64,000 nt of DNA from a virus (taxonomy: Duplodnaviria > Caudoviricetes): IMG/VR virus record IMGVR_UViG_3300021514_000002, positions 1 through 64,000 of that record; one strand, written 5' to 3'. Both the position numbers and the translations under genes were made by a program. The notes beneath the pieces are model-generated. The model worked only from the letters and a program-made list of their open reading frames with translations, had not been told where the DNA came from and did no database searches. Each line of letters starts with the position of its first letter. Positions within the stretch are counted from its first letter, which is position 1. Of the stretch, positions 52,488-62,411 are shown in pieces.

Positions 52488-53858
52488 TTATCGCTGCATA
52501 GGTTTACAAACTTTATTCTTCATATCCAAGTACCATAAACGTACTGTACGTTGTTTTGGTGGAATTAACTTAATATCTGGTACAAGGTTTAACTCGTCTT
52601 TTGGACATAATAGTTCACGAATTTCTGTATAGTCGTTATTTTCTGGTGCAACAGTATATATGTTATTTAATCGTTCAATAATAGCTTCACCATATACCAT
52701 TAATAATACCATAACTATTAGAACGGGTACTAGAAAAATCCCAACAGTTATGAATATACTAGAAAATGTAATTACTATTGTAGCGATAATACTATATCCA
52801 AACCATTTTAAATATTTCCAACGGTTATTTTCATCAAGATATTCTACCATTGCACTAATTTTATTAACAACATCCTCGAACATTTTTCCAAATAACTCAG
52901 TTTTTTCAAGCCAGTGTTTTAATACTACACCAAGATCCCAAAGTACCCCAATAAAGAAAATAATTGCTGTAACGATAAGCATGTTCTGTGCAAAATGTTC
53001 TGCTGCTGCCCACACGATAAATGTTTGTATTAGCAATATTAATGGATTAAATGCCATAGTAAAGAACATTAGGGTCGTTTGCTCATCGCCGCTTTTATCG
53101 ATACGTTTTCGTTTAACCAAAAATGGATTGTCCGCAGGTTTGTTAATCTCATCTAATATATGATATTCTAAACTGCCCCATTTATAAGGTCTAAAGGAAC
53201 GCCAAAATTTATTACCTTTATAATATCCAGCTAATGCTACTGCACCAGCTACACCAACTCTAAACATGATTAACATTGCTGCCCAAATTAAAACTGGAAG
53301 CCATTTTAATGAAAATGCAATCATTACACGGCGGTTATAGTGACATTCATCAACAACTTTACTGCGGCTGTTGTGCCATAAATTTACAAACCATTTCATC
53401 CATGGACCTGGTTCTTTACCAAATACATCCGCTGGAATACTTACCGTTACTTCGGTACGATCATGTACGAAGGGAAGGTAATCATGTGGCTGACCTGTAT
53501 AATAAAAAATAATATCAGTCGCATACTCATTAGCAATGAATTGCATATACGTACTGTGGAGTTTTTTACGACCACATGCTCCATCAACAATAAAACCATA
53601 TAGTTTCATATCACCAGCTTTAGTAAACCGCACATATGTCATTAATTCCGCAATTGGTACTAATTGTCGTTGCATTTCTTGAGCATCGTCAGTTACAGTA
53701 ACTAAAAGGATATGAGGGTCTTTAATGTCATCATCTTCTAATTGTTTGACGAGTTCTGGTGTAACACACCATCGTACAGGAACGTCACCATTCATTATTT
53801 CGCCAGTTTCACTACCGACGATTAATTCAAATGGGAGTTTGTGTTCTTTAGTTTCCAT
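52488..53858 (-). CDS. Multi-pass membrane protein
   Basis: 456 aa with several TM segments in the C-terminal half. Confidence 0.75.
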   Translation of the reverse strand: METKEHKLPFELIVGSETGEIMNGDVPVRWCVTPELVKQLEDDDIKDPHILLVTVTDDAQEMQRQLVPIAELMTYVRFTKAGDMKLYGFIVDGACGRKKLHSTYMQFIANEYATDIIFYYTGQPHDYLPFVHDRTEVTVSIPADVFGKEPGPWMKWFVNLWHNSRSKVVDECHYNRRVMIAFSLKWLPVLIWAAMLIMFRVGVAGAVALAGYYKGNKFWRSFRPYKWGSLEYHILDEINKPADNPFLVKRKRIDKSGDEQTTLMFFTMAFNPLILLIQTFIVWAAAEHFAQNMLIVTAIIFFIGVLWDLGVVLKHWLEKTELFGKMFEDVVNKISAMVEYLDENNRWKYLKWFGYSIIATIVITFSSIFITVGIFLVPVLIVMVLLMVYGEAIIERLNNIYTVAPENNDYTEIRELLCPKDELNLVPDIKLIPPKQRTVRLWYLDMKNKVCKPMQR

Positions 53859-53950
53859 ATTTTTATACCTTTATATTAAAAGTTAACATTGATTGCAGAA
53901 ATATTAACATAAAAGGGTTAAAAAGTAAAGAGGTTATTTGGATTTTTTAA

Positions 53951-54778
53951 TTAGACGAGCTTTTTAGCATCAAAATATTTTATGGCGCGATTCAGAAGTT
54001 GACGATAATCCTTATTATCCAATGGCTTAGAAGGCATTCCTGCCGCATATCCTGCGATTTGTCTACTGCTTTGCCTAAGTGCATTCTCTTTTTCATCTTT
54101 AGTTGGGTATATTTCGCCCAAATCTCTATGATGCAAAAGATTATACAATTCGCTCATGAAGTCTTTAATAGACAAGGTTTCATTATTTCGTATCTTTGAT
54201 TTTATTAAAATTGTTATATCACGTTGGACTTGCGAAAACCGTGCGTTTATTTCGTGTGGTGATGCCAGATATTCGTAATCGCCGCCACCTTGAACCTCAT
54301 TGCGTTTATTCAATGGATGTGTTGTATCTTTTGCACCCTTTTTGTTTCTTGGGGTACTCCAAAGTGCCCAACCCGCCGATATTGAACTATCAAGGGCATG
54401 TCTAAGTTCATGAACAAGTGTAGATTCCATATCACTCATCATATTTTTGGCATTGGCAGGATAGTTAAGTTCTATTGATTTCTTTTCAGTATCAAAAACC
54501 CCTTCAACTTCTTTGGCTTCTTTGCCATAATTGACATCAATTTTAATTTTTCCCAATCGGTTAAATAGATCACTTAGTGCTTTTGAAGGAATAAGATCTT
54601 TAATAAACCCCAATTCAACATAAGGTGGCTCAGGGGGAAGCCCCCGCTTCACATCTTGTATGTGATATTTCTTTTCTTTTTCAACTTCTTTGCGTATTGT
54701 GCGTATCAGGTGTTTGGCAATGAGTTGAAGACGGTGCTCGTCTTTTGTGGTTTCATTTAATAATTCATTAACTTTCAT
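53951..54778 (-). CDS. HExxH metallopeptidase-like protein
   Basis: LVHELRHALD; Y..SPHEINAR. Confidence 0.7.
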   Translation of the reverse strand: MKVNELLNETTKDEHRLQLIAKHLIRTIRKEVEKEKKYHIQDVKRGLPPEPPYVELGFIKDLIPSKALSDLFNRLGKIKIDVNYGKEAKEVEGVFDTEKKSIELNYPANAKNMMSDMESTLVHELRHALDSSISAGWALWSTPRNKKGAKDTTHPLNKRNEVQGGGDYEYLASPHEINARFSQVQRDITILIKSKIRNNETLSIKDFMSELYNLLHHRDLGEIYPTKDEKENALRQSSRQIAGYAAGMPSKPLDNKDYRQLLNRAIKYFDAKKLV

Positions 54779-54794
54779 ATTATTATTTATGATT

Positions 54795-54869
54795 TGGAGC
54801 TTGATGGCGGAGTCGAACCGCCTTCCGCATCCTTACGAGGGATGGCTTCACCAGCAAAGTTTATCAAGC
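54795..54869 (-). tRNA. tRNA-Thr(CGT)
   Basis: CATCC-CTCGTAA-GGATG, CCA. Confidence 0.85.
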
Positions 54870-54873
54870 ATTT

Positions 54874-55158
54874 TTATCGGGCATCTTCAAACAACCATTC
54901 GGGCGTATCTTCTATCCAAATATCTGGATTTCCACCATATTGTATACGAAACGCGATTTTTTTAGCCTTTCTATTAGTATAGATTATTCTATCTACTTTA
55001 TCCCCAAGATTTTCTTCAACTTCTTGATTTTCTTTATCCGCATAGCGCATGGTTACACAAAATACTTTGTGACCTCTTTGTTTTGCTTGTTTAATAAATA
55101 AATCCCATAAAATAGGGTCTGCTGTATATGTGTCATCATAATCTAGTGCAATTATCAT
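54874..55158 (-). CDS. Small HAD-superfamily phosphatase-like protein
   Basis: IALDYDDT, VTMR, K, WIED. Confidence 0.75.
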   Translation of the reverse strand: MIIALDYDDTYTADPILWDLFIKQAKQRGHKVFCVTMRYADKENQEVEENLGDKVDRIIYTNRKAKKIAFRIQYGGNPDIWIEDTPEWLFEDAR

Positions 55159-55400
55159 TATTCACCTACTATTGCTTCAATTCTTCTTTCATATATCAGA
55201 TTAAGACTGTACCACATAGAATTGCGGTAAGTACGCCATGACATACACTCTTCATTGTAATCATCAATCATATTATTTTCAATCCATTCCCGTTCAGGTT
55301 CTAACAGATGAACAACCTTTTCCAATTGTTCATCTGTAACATTACCAAAGAAAGAATCTTCAACGAAAAATTCTAGTGTATATTCATCGCAGCTTGACAT
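55158..55400 (-). CDS. Hypothetical protein
   Basis: ATG overlaps the upstream ORF end; TAATG-coupled downstream. Confidence 0.55.
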   Translation of the reverse strand: MSSCDEYTLEFFVEDSFFGNVTDEQLEKVVHLLEPEREWIENNMIDDYNEECMSWRTYRNSMWYSLNLIYERRIEAIVGE

Positions 55401-56031
55401 TTCTTTTTTCCTTCCACTGATGGTTGTGTTTGCTTTGTGTTTTCCAAGATTTATCGCCGTGGCGATGATAATCATCCCAAGAATCTGGTAAGTTGCCTCC
55501 TTGCCGCGCAGCACGCACTTTTGGTGCGAACTCTTCATCATCCCAAGCATGTGCCCATTTACGTTCTTGGTGGGTTTTTATACTACGAAAACCACCCCAG
55601 ACTGATTTCTTGCAACCATTACGTCTGAACCAACGTTGTTTGTAGAGATTACTTGGTCTATTTTTTACCCATTCACGATAAAGACCAATTAAATGATCGG
55701 GTGTATATAATTCACGAAGATGATCATAAACCGCCCATGCTAAACGATATTCATTGTGTTCATGGCAATTTATTTTCCCACAATGGTGTGTATGTTTAAC
55801 ATAACGCCGTTTACAATAACCCCTACCGTAATCGATATGTGTAATACCAGTGCAAATTTTATCATTAATAGAATAACCTACATATTCTTTAATAATATAT
55901 TCATTTTCGTGTTCAAAAAAATCTTCTAACGACTTATAATAAGAAGCAATGATTTTTCTAGTCGCAAAGGTTTCGTAGTATACTACTTTATAGCGATATA
56001 CGTAAATACCTGGTTCGTTCTGATAGTACAT
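55384..56031 (-). CDS. Hypothetical protein
   Basis: GGAG SD; LPDSWDD..R...KSWK.Q C-terminus. Confidence 0.7.
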   Translation of the reverse strand: MYYQNEPGIYVYRYKVVYYETFATRKIIASYYKSLEDFFEHENEYIIKEYVGYSINDKICTGITHIDYGRGYCKRRYVKHTHHCGKINCHEHNEYRLAWAVYDHLRELYTPDHLIGLYREWVKNRPSNLYKQRWFRRNGCKKSVWGGFRSIKTHQERKWAHAWDDEEFAPKVRAARQGGNLPDSWDDYHRHGDKSWKTQSKHNHQWKEKRNVKLR

Positions 56032-56120
56032 TGTTTTCTCCTCTTAGTTTAACTAAGATCGAAAACCATGCCCCTTTTGAAAAAATAAAATTATAATATT
56101 CATCTGCTTCTTCTTTAAAT

Positions 56121-56197
56121 TGGTTGGTCTGGTCGGATTCGAGCCGACGACTTCTGCCATGTCATGACAGCGCTCTGACCTACTGAGCTACAGACCA
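56121..56197 (-). tRNA. tRNA-Val(GAC)
   Basis: CTGTC-ATGACAT-GGCAG; T loop CTCGAAT; CCA. Confidence 0.8.
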
Positions 56198-56221
56198 CTT
56201 GTATTCTATTTACTCGTTGTG

Positions 56222-56581
56222 TTAATTTGTTTTACCCGCTTCCATTAAGAAATTACGAAACATATCGTTGCAGTCTTCGCTTGGAAATCTGAGATCTTCT
56301 AACATTTCTGTAACTAACGCAATGCCTACTTCCTCATCACTGTCGCCCGTTCTTCCAACTTCAAAAGTTCTTCCAACTTCAAAAGTACAAATGTCATTTA
56401 TCAAGACCCGTTCTTCATCAGCATTTTCTACCTCGACAAACACGAATTTGGAAAGTGACAAGTCTTCATAAATTCCATCAAAATCGGATAACGGTCCAAA
56501 CTCACGGATTGTATCTTCTTCATACAACCCAAGCCAGATCCCATTATCACCATCATTAAATATTAAACCGTATGAATCCAT
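56222..56581 (-). CDS. Acidic hypothetical protein
   Basis: Intact ORF. Confidence 0.65.
   Translation of the reverse strand: MDSYGLIFNDGDNGIWLGLYEEDTIREFGPLSDFDGIYEDLSLSKFVFVEVENADEERVLINDICTFEVGRTFEVGRTGDSDEEVGIALVTEMLEDLRFPSEDCNDMFRNFLMEAGKTN
56350..56385. repeat. 18-bp perfect tandem duplication (FEVGRT x2)
   Basis: TTCTTCCAACTTCAAAAG twice, in frame. Confidence 0.85.
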
Positions 56582-56590
56582 AATTTATTC

Positions 56591-57094
56591 CTAAGCACAA
56601 TATCCCGTACGTAATGCATTGTAGTCATTAATATTCTTTGCTAAGCTGACAGCAAGTTTCTTCATTTCTGCTAATGAATCGACAACAAATACATTAGGAT
56701 GTTTCACGCCAAGCAACTTACTTTTGACCAGTTTGCGTGTTCTTACACTCGTTTTTCTTTCATCTTCGGTTTTTCTATCATCGGTACAATCATCGTCAAT
56801 CATAATGATTAGATGTTGATTACTACCATTCGCGATATTGCGAAGAATATTTAGAATTGAGAATCCGATTTCGCCAAGTGAGCCAAGACCCAAGCTGTCT
56901 TTTAAGACAGGAAACAAAATAATATCATCTTCCATAAGATGTCGATTTTCATCATCAATCATTCCAGGGTGCCAGTTATCGCCAGCATCAGGATTGAAAA
57001 ATTCAATGTCGTTATTATTGAACGCAGAAATAAAACTGTTGCGCCATGTAATATTGTCACATGTTCCGAATAGTCCTATACATAAATTCTTCAT
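56591..57094 (-). CDS. Nucleoside deoxyribosyltransferase-fold protein
   Basis: IGLFGTC...WR, FFNP..NW, SLGEIG. Confidence 0.6.
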   Translation of the reverse strand: MKNLCIGLFGTCDNITWRNSFISAFNNNDIEFFNPDAGDNWHPGMIDDENRHLMEDDIILFPVLKDSLGLGSLGEIGFSILNILRNIANGSNQHLIIMIDDDCTDDRKTEDERKTSVRTRKLVKSKLLGVKHPNVFVVDSLAEMKKLAVSLAKNINDYNALRTGYCA

Positions 57095-57489
57095 AATAAT
57101 TGTAAATCCCCTGTGATTTTGTCAACTTCTTCTTTTAGTGCAGGACCAACCGCAACCGCAGTATATGTAGGAACCCCACCAAACTCAGTTAAGCCTGCGT
57201 CTTTTATCAAACTGCACACTAAACCTGCATCTATTGCTTGCCTGTAGATGCAGATAAGCTCTTCTTCACTATCTACTCTAACGCAAATTTTAGTGAAAAG
57301 CCCTGCTAACCACGAATCCATTTCGGGCGTCATTGGTATAATATAACAAGGCAATCCAATTTCGTCGCGTTGAATATAACCATTATCTAATATAGCTTTC
57401 ATTGACGCATGGCAGCCTTGTGAAATTTCCTTCCCGCGACGCATCTTTAAATCTTTACGAATTACTATAACTTGTTTAGTATCCATCAT
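57091..57489 (-). CDS. Peptidyl-tRNA hydrolase, Pth2 type
   Basis: [14 protein letters not shown]...Q..HAS, KICVRV, DAGLTE, T..AVGP. Confidence 0.9.
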   Translation of the reverse strand: MMDTKQVIVIRKDLKMRRGKEISQGCHASMKAILDNGYIQRDEIGLPCYIIPMTPEMDSWLAGLFTKICVRVDSEEELICIYRQAIDAGLVCSLIKDAGLTEFGGVPTYTAVAVGPALKEEVDKITGDLQLL

Positions 57490-57809
57490 TTTTTCAAATA
57501 TTGTAATTTATCTTCCACACCATCCCATTTTTCAGCATCTGGTAATGGGTCAATTTGCTTCGTAAGATTTGGCCAAATCATCGCCAATTCTACATTTAGT
57601 TCTATAAAATGTTCTTGTCCTTCTGGAATATCGTCTGCAGGAAAAATTGCATCAGCAGGACATTCGGGTACACACAAGTCGCAAGCTATACATTCTTCTG
57701 GATTTATTACCAAGAAATTCGGCCCTTCATGGAAACAATCTACGGGGCATATTTCTACACAATCAGTATACTTGCACTTAATGCAATTTTCTGTAACAAC
57801 AAACGTCAT
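57486..57809 (-). CDS. fdxA: 7Fe ferredoxin (FdxA/FdI type)
   Basis: [38 protein letters not shown]. Confidence 0.9.
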   Translation of the reverse strand: MTFVVTENCIKCKYTDCVEICPVDCFHEGPNFLVINPEECIACDLCVPECPADAIFPADDIPEGQEHFIELNVELAMIWPNLTKQIDPLPDAEKWDGVEDKLQYLKK

Positions 57810-57810
57810 A

Positions 57811-58626
57811 TTAACCCTTTTTAATACAATTGTCAATATCTATTAATTGACTTAATAAATCTTCCATCATTGTCAATGGTAACATATTTGGGCCATCACT
57901 TAAAGCTTTTTCTGGATTAGGGTGTGTTTCTATGAATAATCCAGATATTCCAACTGCAACTGCCGCTCTTGCTAAAGTAGGAACGAATTCACTTTGTCCG
58001 CCAGATGTCGTACCATTACCACCGGGCATTTGAACAGAATGTGTAGCATCAAATACGACAGGACAATGTGTTTGTTCATGCATTATAACAAGTGACCGCA
58101 TATCAGAAACAAGAGTATTGTAACCAAAAGACGTGCCGCGTTCACAAACCATAAGTTGTTCGTTGCCTGTCTTTTCCGCTTTGACCACAACATTTACCAT
58201 ATCTGCTGGTGCCATAAATTGTGCTTTTTTAATATTAACCGGCTTGCCAGCGGCTGCAACCCTTTGAATGAAGTTTGTTTGTCTACATAAAAAAGCTGGT
58301 GTTTGTAATACATCAACAACATCTGCAACTTCATCTATTGGTGTGTCTTCATGTACATCGGTTAATACGGGTATGCCTAATTCGTCTTTTACCTTTTGTA
58401 AGATACGCAACCCTTCTTCTATTCCAGGCCCACGATAACTAACAATGGAAGTACGATTCGCTTTATCAAAAGAAGATTTGAAGATAAAAGGAATTCCTAA
58501 TCTATCCGTAACCTTCTTTAAATATTCGGCTGATTCTAAAACAATCTTTTCACTTTCAATAACACATGGACCAGCAATCAAAAAAAGCGGGCGATTAAGT
58601 CCTACTTCAAAGTTACATAATTTCAT
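57811..58626 (-). CDS. kdsA: 3-deoxy-8-phosphooctulonate (KDO8P) synthase
   Basis: [48 protein letters not shown]. Confidence 0.95.
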   Translation of the reverse strand: MKLCNFEVGLNRPLFLIAGPCVIESEKIVLESAEYLKKVTDRLGIPFIFKSSFDKANRTSIVSYRGPGIEEGLRILQKVKDELGIPVLTDVHEDTPIDEVADVVDVLQTPAFLCRQTNFIQRVAAAGKPVNIKKAQFMAPADMVNVVVKAEKTGNEQLMVCERGTSFGYNTLVSDMRSLVIMHEQTHCPVVFDATHSVQMPGGNGTTSGGQSEFVPTLARAAVAVGISGLFIETHPNPEKALSDGPNMLPLTMMEDLLSQLIDIDNCIKKG

Positions 58627-58915
58627 GGTTTTTTCCCTCATGTAAAAATTTTATCAATGCACTTCTGGCTGCAGCAACGAGATATCCAAACACATTATCG
58701 TTTTTCGTTGGATCGAATGTTCGGTAACTTATCATTATTTGCATTATCGCTTGCTGTTTCATGTCTTCATTGTATGTAAGCCTTTTAAAGTGGGGAGGAT
58801 TTATTAATCGTTCCGCAATACAAACAAACATCCCTGCCAGTGCTTCCGTAATTCTTCCATTTTGTTTAGATTTTTCAATTTCAACAAGAAGATCGGCATT
58901 TATAACTTTAGTCAT
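58613..58915 (-). CDS. Short T4 gp55 (late sigma)-like paralog
   Basis: IT..LA.MF..IAERL...F...TY.EDM...A.......FDP.K..N.FGY. Confidence 0.6.
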   Translation of the reverse strand: MTKVINADLLVEIEKSKQNGRITEALAGMFVCIAERLINPPHFKRLTYNEDMKQQAIMQIMISYRTFDPTKNDNVFGYLVAAARSALIKFLHEGKNHEIM

Positions 58916-59255
58916 TCCCGCCAACATTTTCACGAACGATATCATGCGCGTCAAGGTCAACCCAATAAATCTCATATACTACGGAATCTTCGAGTGATAT
59001 AAATTTGTGATAACATCCTGGTTTAACTGTCGTACTTTCACCAGCAGAAATGATAGTTGAATCAACAAGGTCATAATCATTTTGCCAAACATCAACTTGG
59101 AATTTTCCGCTTTCAACGAAGAATTTATTGAATTTATGTTCATGTTTATGTTTAGAACAAAATCCACCTTTAGTTGTTTCTATACGATGTACTTCTGAAT
59201 TACCGTTTCTGAAAATTAATTGAGTCTTACCCCAAACTTTACCTTGTATAGGCAT
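58908..59255 (-). CDS. Cupin (mannose-6-phosphate isomerase-like)
   Basis: KVWG, CSKHKH..K.N.F.VESG, PG.YH.F, EIY. Confidence 0.8.
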   Translation of the reverse strand: MPIQGKVWGKTQLIFRNGNSEVHRIETTKGGFCSKHKHEHKFNKFFVESGKFQVDVWQNDYDLVDSTIISAGESTTVKPGCYHKFISLEDSVVYEIYWVDLDAHDIVRENVGGND

Positions 59256-59285
59256 GTAATATCCCCTGTTTTTATTGTTATTATT

Positions 59286-59360
59286 TGGTGGAGCTAGTTG
59301 GAGTCAAACCAACGACCTCTACATTGCAAGTGTAGCGCTCTATCACTGAGCTACAGCCCC
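59286..59360 (-). tRNA. tRNA-Ala(TGC)
   Basis: G3:U70, CTACA-CTTGCAA-TGTAG, CCA; T loop TTTGACT. Confidence 0.9.
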
Positions 59361-59413
59361 AATACTTATTTATTCGTGCAAATGAACAGTAGTATCATCT
59401 TTTAAATATACCA

Positions 59414-59653
59414 TCATAAATTATCGCGCAATTTTTTTAATATCATAAATGCAGCAATATCATCATCGGTTGCTTTACGAAATATTCTATATTCTTGACA
59501 TTCAGGAAAATCAACCACAATATTACCATCTTTTATGTATCCAAATTCAGGCAAGTCAAATATTTCACAAAATTTTGTTAAAACAATTTCACTTATAAGA
59601 ATATCATCAATTTCAACTTCAATTTTTTTTGTATGTTTCGCGTTTACTTTCAT
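59414..59653 (-). CDS. Hypothetical protein
   Basis: Intact ORF. Confidence 0.6.
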   Translation of the reverse strand: MKVNAKHTKKIEVEIDDILISEIVLTKFCEIFDLPEFGYIKDGNIVVDFPECQEYRIFRKATDDDIAAFMILKKLRDNL

Positions 59654-59662
59654 TTCATTACC

Positions 59663-59914
59663 TTAGTCTGTAAGAATGTGTTTTAGTGTTTGGGCATATT
59701 CTTGTGATTCGTTATCTGTTAAATTAAATTCAGCGTTTATTTCTTGAATGATTATAGATATGATTTCATCTGTTGCATCAAGTTCTGGATGATAGCTATT
59801 AAGTTCCGTAATAATTTCTGGTCGCCATTTTGCGACCGCGATTTTACCATCAACAGAAATAGTGACACCACCATTATCTTCAATTTTAACATTAAATGTT
59901 CTACTCATCGTCAT
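59663..59914 (-). CDS. Hypothetical protein
   Basis: Intact ORF. Confidence 0.6.
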   Translation of the reverse strand: MTMSRTFNVKIEDNGGVTISVDGKIAVAKWRPEIITELNSYHPELDATDEIISIIIQEINAEFNLTDNESQEYAQTLKHILTD

Positions 59915-60065
59915 CCGACTCCTGTTCTAACGCTTCTTCCAAACACAGTTTACATAAGTCAGTATATTTTTCGCTTAATATAACTTTGGGTCTAGCGAGG
60001 TATTCAAGCTTGCAACTAGGACAAGCTTGATATACCATTTCAGTTGTTTTAGTATTCATAGTACT

Positions 60066-60094
60066 ATCGTACCATTTTATCCTTTAATTGTCAA
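60066..60094 (-). promoter_or_regulatory. sigma70-like promoter
   Basis: TTGACA-N17-TACGAT. Confidence 0.55.
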
Positions 60095-60097
60095 TAA

Positions 60098-60781
60098 TTA
60101 TTCCCATAATCTATCCATGTTACCACGAAAAACCTGCTTTAGGTTGGTCTTCTGACCAGTCATATGATCAATGATTATATCTTCCTGAAAACGATAAGTT
60201 CTAATCTTATCCCCGCGCATTCCCGAACCTACCATATCATGTCTTTCGGTATTTTGGTTGGCGTGCCGCTCGCCAAATATCAAAGAATCCAACATTTTAT
60301 CTACAGCTGCACGTGCTTCTATCTTATTCTTACTCTGACTTCGGCTATCCCGTTCTTGTTTGATTCCTGTAGGTAGATGAATGCATTTTATAGCAGATAA
60401 CGTCTTATTTTTCTTTTGGCCACCACAGCCCGTGGACTTAAATAGTTCAAAGAAATAATGATGATCTTCCCGTAAGGAATATTTGGAATGTGCAGAATAT
60501 TCGTCATCAAGCACAGCTACTGTAACAGTAGACGTATGAACTCTGCCTTTTCGTTCAGTCGGAGGCACTCGTTGGATACGATGCCCACCTGCTTCATTTT
60601 TTAATTTGTTTAGATTTTTTCCGATAACTTCAAGGGATATGAAACCATCGCGCTCAGATAAGCGGCTAGACTTTCAGCCTAGTTTAGAAAAGGTTTTTTC
60701 GTAAGCAACACAAAGATTGTTCACGAATAATTTTGAGTCTTGGCCACCTTCAGCGGCACGTATTTCTATAATTTTTTTCAT
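60098..60781 (-). CDS. prfA: RF1-like class I release factor lacking domain 1, with in-frame TGA at codon 36
   Basis: IEIRAAEGG, EAGGHRIQRVPPTE..GRVHTSTVTVAV (PxT), GGQ, IRTYRF; TGA at 60674-60676. Confidence 0.85.
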
Positions 60782-61041
60782 TTTATTTTTCCTTTTTGTA
60801 CTTATCGACTAGATGTTTAATAGCTAAGTAAGATGTTAGATCTATTTCTAATATCTTACTTATTTTAGGGTTTCTTTCTGTTTTTAATAACTCTTTAAAT
60901 AATTTAATCTTTTGATTAATTTCAAAAATAGTTACACTTCACCAGAAGTTATACCGCAACTAGAACCACCTAACTCCAGTACAATATTGCCTGTTTTTAT
61001 TTCTATATGTTTCATTCCATTTCTCCTTATTCTAGTATTTA

Positions 61042-61350
61042 TTAATAGAATACTTTCAATATTAAATCGCCCATGTCGGCATCCTTCAACATTTCACCCT
61101 TTACATGATATATAGTATTGTCTGTTTCAACGATACCATTTTCTTCATCATAAGCTATAACCAAAGACGAACGCATGTGCCAACCTATTTGGAATCTGCC
61201 AGTAGGATCTTCAACAACATTACCAGATAAAATCATAGCTTTGTCAACTTTAACATCCGGTCGTTTTTCTTTAAGCATCTCTATTGGAACCGACAATATA
61301 TTAAATGTCCAGTTTTCTATAGTTCCACCATCTTTTTTATCGTTGTTCAT
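61042..61350 (-). CDS. Hypothetical protein
   Basis: ATGA-coupled ORF. Confidence 0.7.
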   Translation of the reverse strand: MNNDKKDGGTIENWTFNILSVPIEMLKEKRPDVKVDKAMILSGNVVEDPTGRFQIGWHMRSSLVIAYDEENGIVETDNTIYHVKGEMLKDADMGDLILKVFY

Positions 61351-61598
61351 TCAATCACCTCTATAAAACAAGGCGTGCCTTCGCCAACCCATGCTCCTAT
61401 TTGATTAAACTCGTAATATTCGACCGCTTCTTCATATGTCATACCTTCGGCTATCAACGATTCAAATATTTTAGTTACATCGTATGCGACTATTGGCTCT
61501 TGTCCAAATCTTTGACAAATTCCAATAATACAATCATCAAATCCATCCATTAACATAATTTCTGGATATAGATCTGCTATTTGTTCTGCTTTAGTCAT
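61347..61598 (-). CDS. Hypothetical protein
   Basis: DGFDDCIIG, EEAVEYYEFN..GAWVGE.TP. Confidence 0.75.
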   Translation of the reverse strand: MTKAEQIADLYPEIMLMDGFDDCIIGICQRFGQEPIVAYDVTKIFESLIAEGMTYEEAVEYYEFNQIGAWVGEGTPCFIEVIE

Positions 61599-61770
61599 TA
61601 CGTCTTAATATTCCATACTTATAGCATTTTTCTTCTGTTAAGTTAACATCAATGTCACCACCGCCTTCATTGACAGCCCAGACACTCCAGCCTTCTTCTT
61701 CACAGAAGTAATCCCAGTCGTTACATCTGTCTAATACTTCTGATAATGTTAATGAAATTCTTATGACAAT
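61591..61770 (-). CDS. Small hypothetical protein with non-ATG (ATT or ATA) start
   Basis: AGGA SD; open frame IVIRISLTLSEVLDRCNDWDYFCEEEGWSVWAVNEGGGD... Confidence 0.45.
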   Translation of the reverse strand: MVIRISLTLSEVLDRCNDWDYFCEEEGWSVWAVNEGGGDIDVNLTEEKCYKYGILRRND

Positions 61771-61786
61771 TTCCTATTTTTAAAGT

Positions 61787-62071
61787 TTAATCAATTACCG
61801 CAACAATATCTTCTTCGCGCATAACCAACAGCTCTTCACCGTCAACTTTGATTTCTGTGCCCGCGAACTTGCCAAACATGACTTTGTCGCCAACCTTCAC
61901 ATCTAAAGCACGAACGCCGTTATCTGTAATCTGGCCATTACCCACAGCAATAATTTCACCTTGTGCTGGTTTTTCAGTTGCTGAATCTGGAATGACGATG
62001 CCACCCGCTGATGTTGTTTCTTCTTCCATACGACGAACGACCACACGGTCATGTAAAGGACGGATCTTCAT
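61787..62071 (-). CDS. groES: Co-chaperonin GroES
   Basis: [38 protein letters not shown]. Confidence 0.95.
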   Translation of the reverse strand: MKIRPLHDRVVVRRMEEETTSAGGIVIPDSATEKPAQGEIIAVGNGQITDNGVRALDVKVGDKVMFGKFAGTEIKVDGEELLVMREEDIVAVID

Positions 62072-62132
62072 TTTTGTTTTCTCCTAAGTTATATTAATTG
62101 GATAGCCATATTTTCAATTTCATCTTTCATTG

Positions 62133-62411
62133 TTAATCTTCTTTTATAATTGGTCCTAAAGTAACACCAGTAGGACAATCGTCTTCTTTAGAATCTCGAA
62201 AATCCTTATAACTGTTTCCACAGAAGGAACAACGGTCATATAGTTCTATGCCACTACAATTACCACCATAATATTTTTGCTGTTTGTCTTCTGATAAAGT
62301 ATTAAAATAATCATTAAAACGTTTAACTTCTGCTTCGGCATGTTCTCTCGTCACACCAAAGTGAACCCAACCACATTTATTACATGTACGTTCGTTATAA
62401 TCAATTTCCAT
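62133..62411 (-). CDS. Zinc-binding hypothetical protein
   Basis: CNKC, CSFC, CP.GVT..PII. Confidence 0.7.
   Translation of the reverse strand: MEIDYNERTCNKCGWVHFGVTREHAEAEVKRFNDYFNTLSEDKQQKYYGGNCSGIELYDRCSFCGNSYKDFRDSKEDDCPTGVTLGPIIKED

Noticed and set aside
56350-56385. 18-bp tandem duplication as a phase-variation site
   Set aside because: In-frame, two copies only, in a hypothetical protein.
57808-57836. TTGACA-N17-TAATAT before fdxA
   Set aside because: The -10 element overlaps the fdxA start codon, so it cannot drive that gene.
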